From positions 26,226,001 through 26,290,000 of the forward strand of contig OZ360245.1 in the NCBI GenBank assembly GCA_977017645.1: a stretch of DNA of 64,000 bases, in the 5' to 3' direction. Made by a program: the position numbers and the translations under genes. The DNA is from Torpedo marmorata (Eukaryota). The notes beneath the pieces were generated by a model that was not told the origin of the DNA, did not search any database, and worked only from the letters and a program-made list of their open reading frames with translations. Positions 62,960 to 64,000 of the stretch are shown piece after piece. The number at the start of each line of letters is the position of its first letter. Position 1 is the first letter of the stretch.

Positions 62960-63956
62960 TATTACGTGCTCCCATTTTCAGATCATTTTCATTTGAATGG
63001 GACTGTCACTTTAAGAGAACAAATCAGGCTGCAAGCCCTGCAGGCCCTGGAGATTGACTGTGGGTTGACAGACTGAGGACAGTGTGTACCCAAATTCGAC
63101 ACTTGTGAGGAGAGAGGAAGTGCCTGGAGGCACAGGTGAGGAGACCATGTGACCAACAGGTTAAAGCAACAGTACACTGTTTGCTCAGGGGCCATATTAA
63201 GGAGACAGCACTTGGAGAAGCATCCTTTGAAGGGATACTGTGCTGAAGTGGCCTCATGTGGTAATGGACAATTTGTCTGATTTCTCCGTTTTATAGGGGA
63301 ATGAGTATGCCACACCGTGACCAAAAGGGAAGGTCACTTTAAATGGCTGACCCACGAAAGGGTTCTGAAAGCAGAGAAATACTGCATTTGGATTGTGACC
63401 ATTGTGAAGGTCACTTTGAACGGCTGACCCACGAAAGGGTTTTGGAAGCAGAAGAAATACTGCAATTCGGCTGACCCACAGAAAGGGTTTTGGAAGCTTA
63501 GTGAAAATCACTCGCTTCGTGACCCCTACGCCAAGGAAATGGAGAGTTTTGGTTGCCACTCATCTGAAAAGGACCTTTCTCTGGAAGCACCTCGACAAGG
63601 ATTTCGTGAGTTTATAAACAATCTGTCACCCCGGTCTCTCCCACCTCATTCGTAATTACTTCATTGCATCAATTTAAGAGTCTTCGTATCAACATCGGAT
63701 TTCTGAGACTGGACTTTGAACTGCCTTTCGAGAATTGGGCCTGAACTGTAATGGTTTGGGATATTTCCACACTCACACACACACACACACACACACACAT
63801 ACATAAGTATATTTGCGCATAGTTGGGCGTTAAGTTTAGATAAGTTTAGATAAATTAGATAAGGTATTATATTATTGGTACTTAATAATAAAAATATTAT
63901 TTTAAATATAACACTGTCTGGGCTAATTTCTATTGCTGCTGTCTGAGTACGTAACA
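62960..63956 (+). mobile_element. 5' LTR (~1 kb) of a second LTR retroelement extending beyond the window
   Basis: Terminal inverted repeat TATTACGTGCTC / GAGTACGTAACA (10/12); AATAAA near 63886; internal repeats at 63329-63498; (AC)n at ~63775-63799; followed by a PBS. Confidence 0.85.
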
Positions 63957-63960
63957 AAAT

Positions 63961-63981
63961 TGAGGGCTCGTCATCTGGGAT
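63961..63981 (+). promoter_or_regulatory. Primer-binding site (tRNA-Pro-like)
   Basis: TGAGGGCTCGTCATCTGGGAT resembles the Pro PBS TGGGGGCTCGTCCGGGAT. Confidence 0.75.
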
Positions 63982-64000
63982 CACACCAAATTGGAAGCTG

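Noticed and set aside
63329-63498. Repeat array GGCTGACCCAC..AAAGGGTT
   Set aside because: Ordinary internal LTR duplications (about 2.5 units).

Overview
Eukaryotic, repeat-dense vertebrate DNA, most likely from a cartilaginous fish (shark/ray). This is inferred from the repeat repertoire: HE1/V-SINE-like tRNA SINEs with CR1 tails, Deu-domain SINEs, CR1, Rex1/Babar, L1, L2 and Penelope-like elements. No host protein-coding exon could be identified; every ORF with recognisable protein similarity is a transposon remnant, so the window looks intronic or intergenic. Main contents: a full-length decayed Ty3/Gypsy element (57830-62912, CTCT TSD), the 5' LTR and PBS of a second LTR element at the right edge, several solo LTRs, four L1 insertions (three with TSDs), about 12 Rex1-type fragments, 14 V-SINE copies, many Penelope pseudo-LTRs with minimal hammerhead-like motifs, hAT and Tigger-like MITEs, a 5S-rRNA-headed SINE, a degenerate tRNA-Thr(UGU) and a 162-N gap. 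The most unusual structure is a 415-bp fold-back LTR (one complete LTR followed by its own inverted 5' part) inserted into the Gypsy pol gene with a clean 5-bp TSD. All identifications are by eye; no database searches were run, and boundaries without TSDs are approximate.
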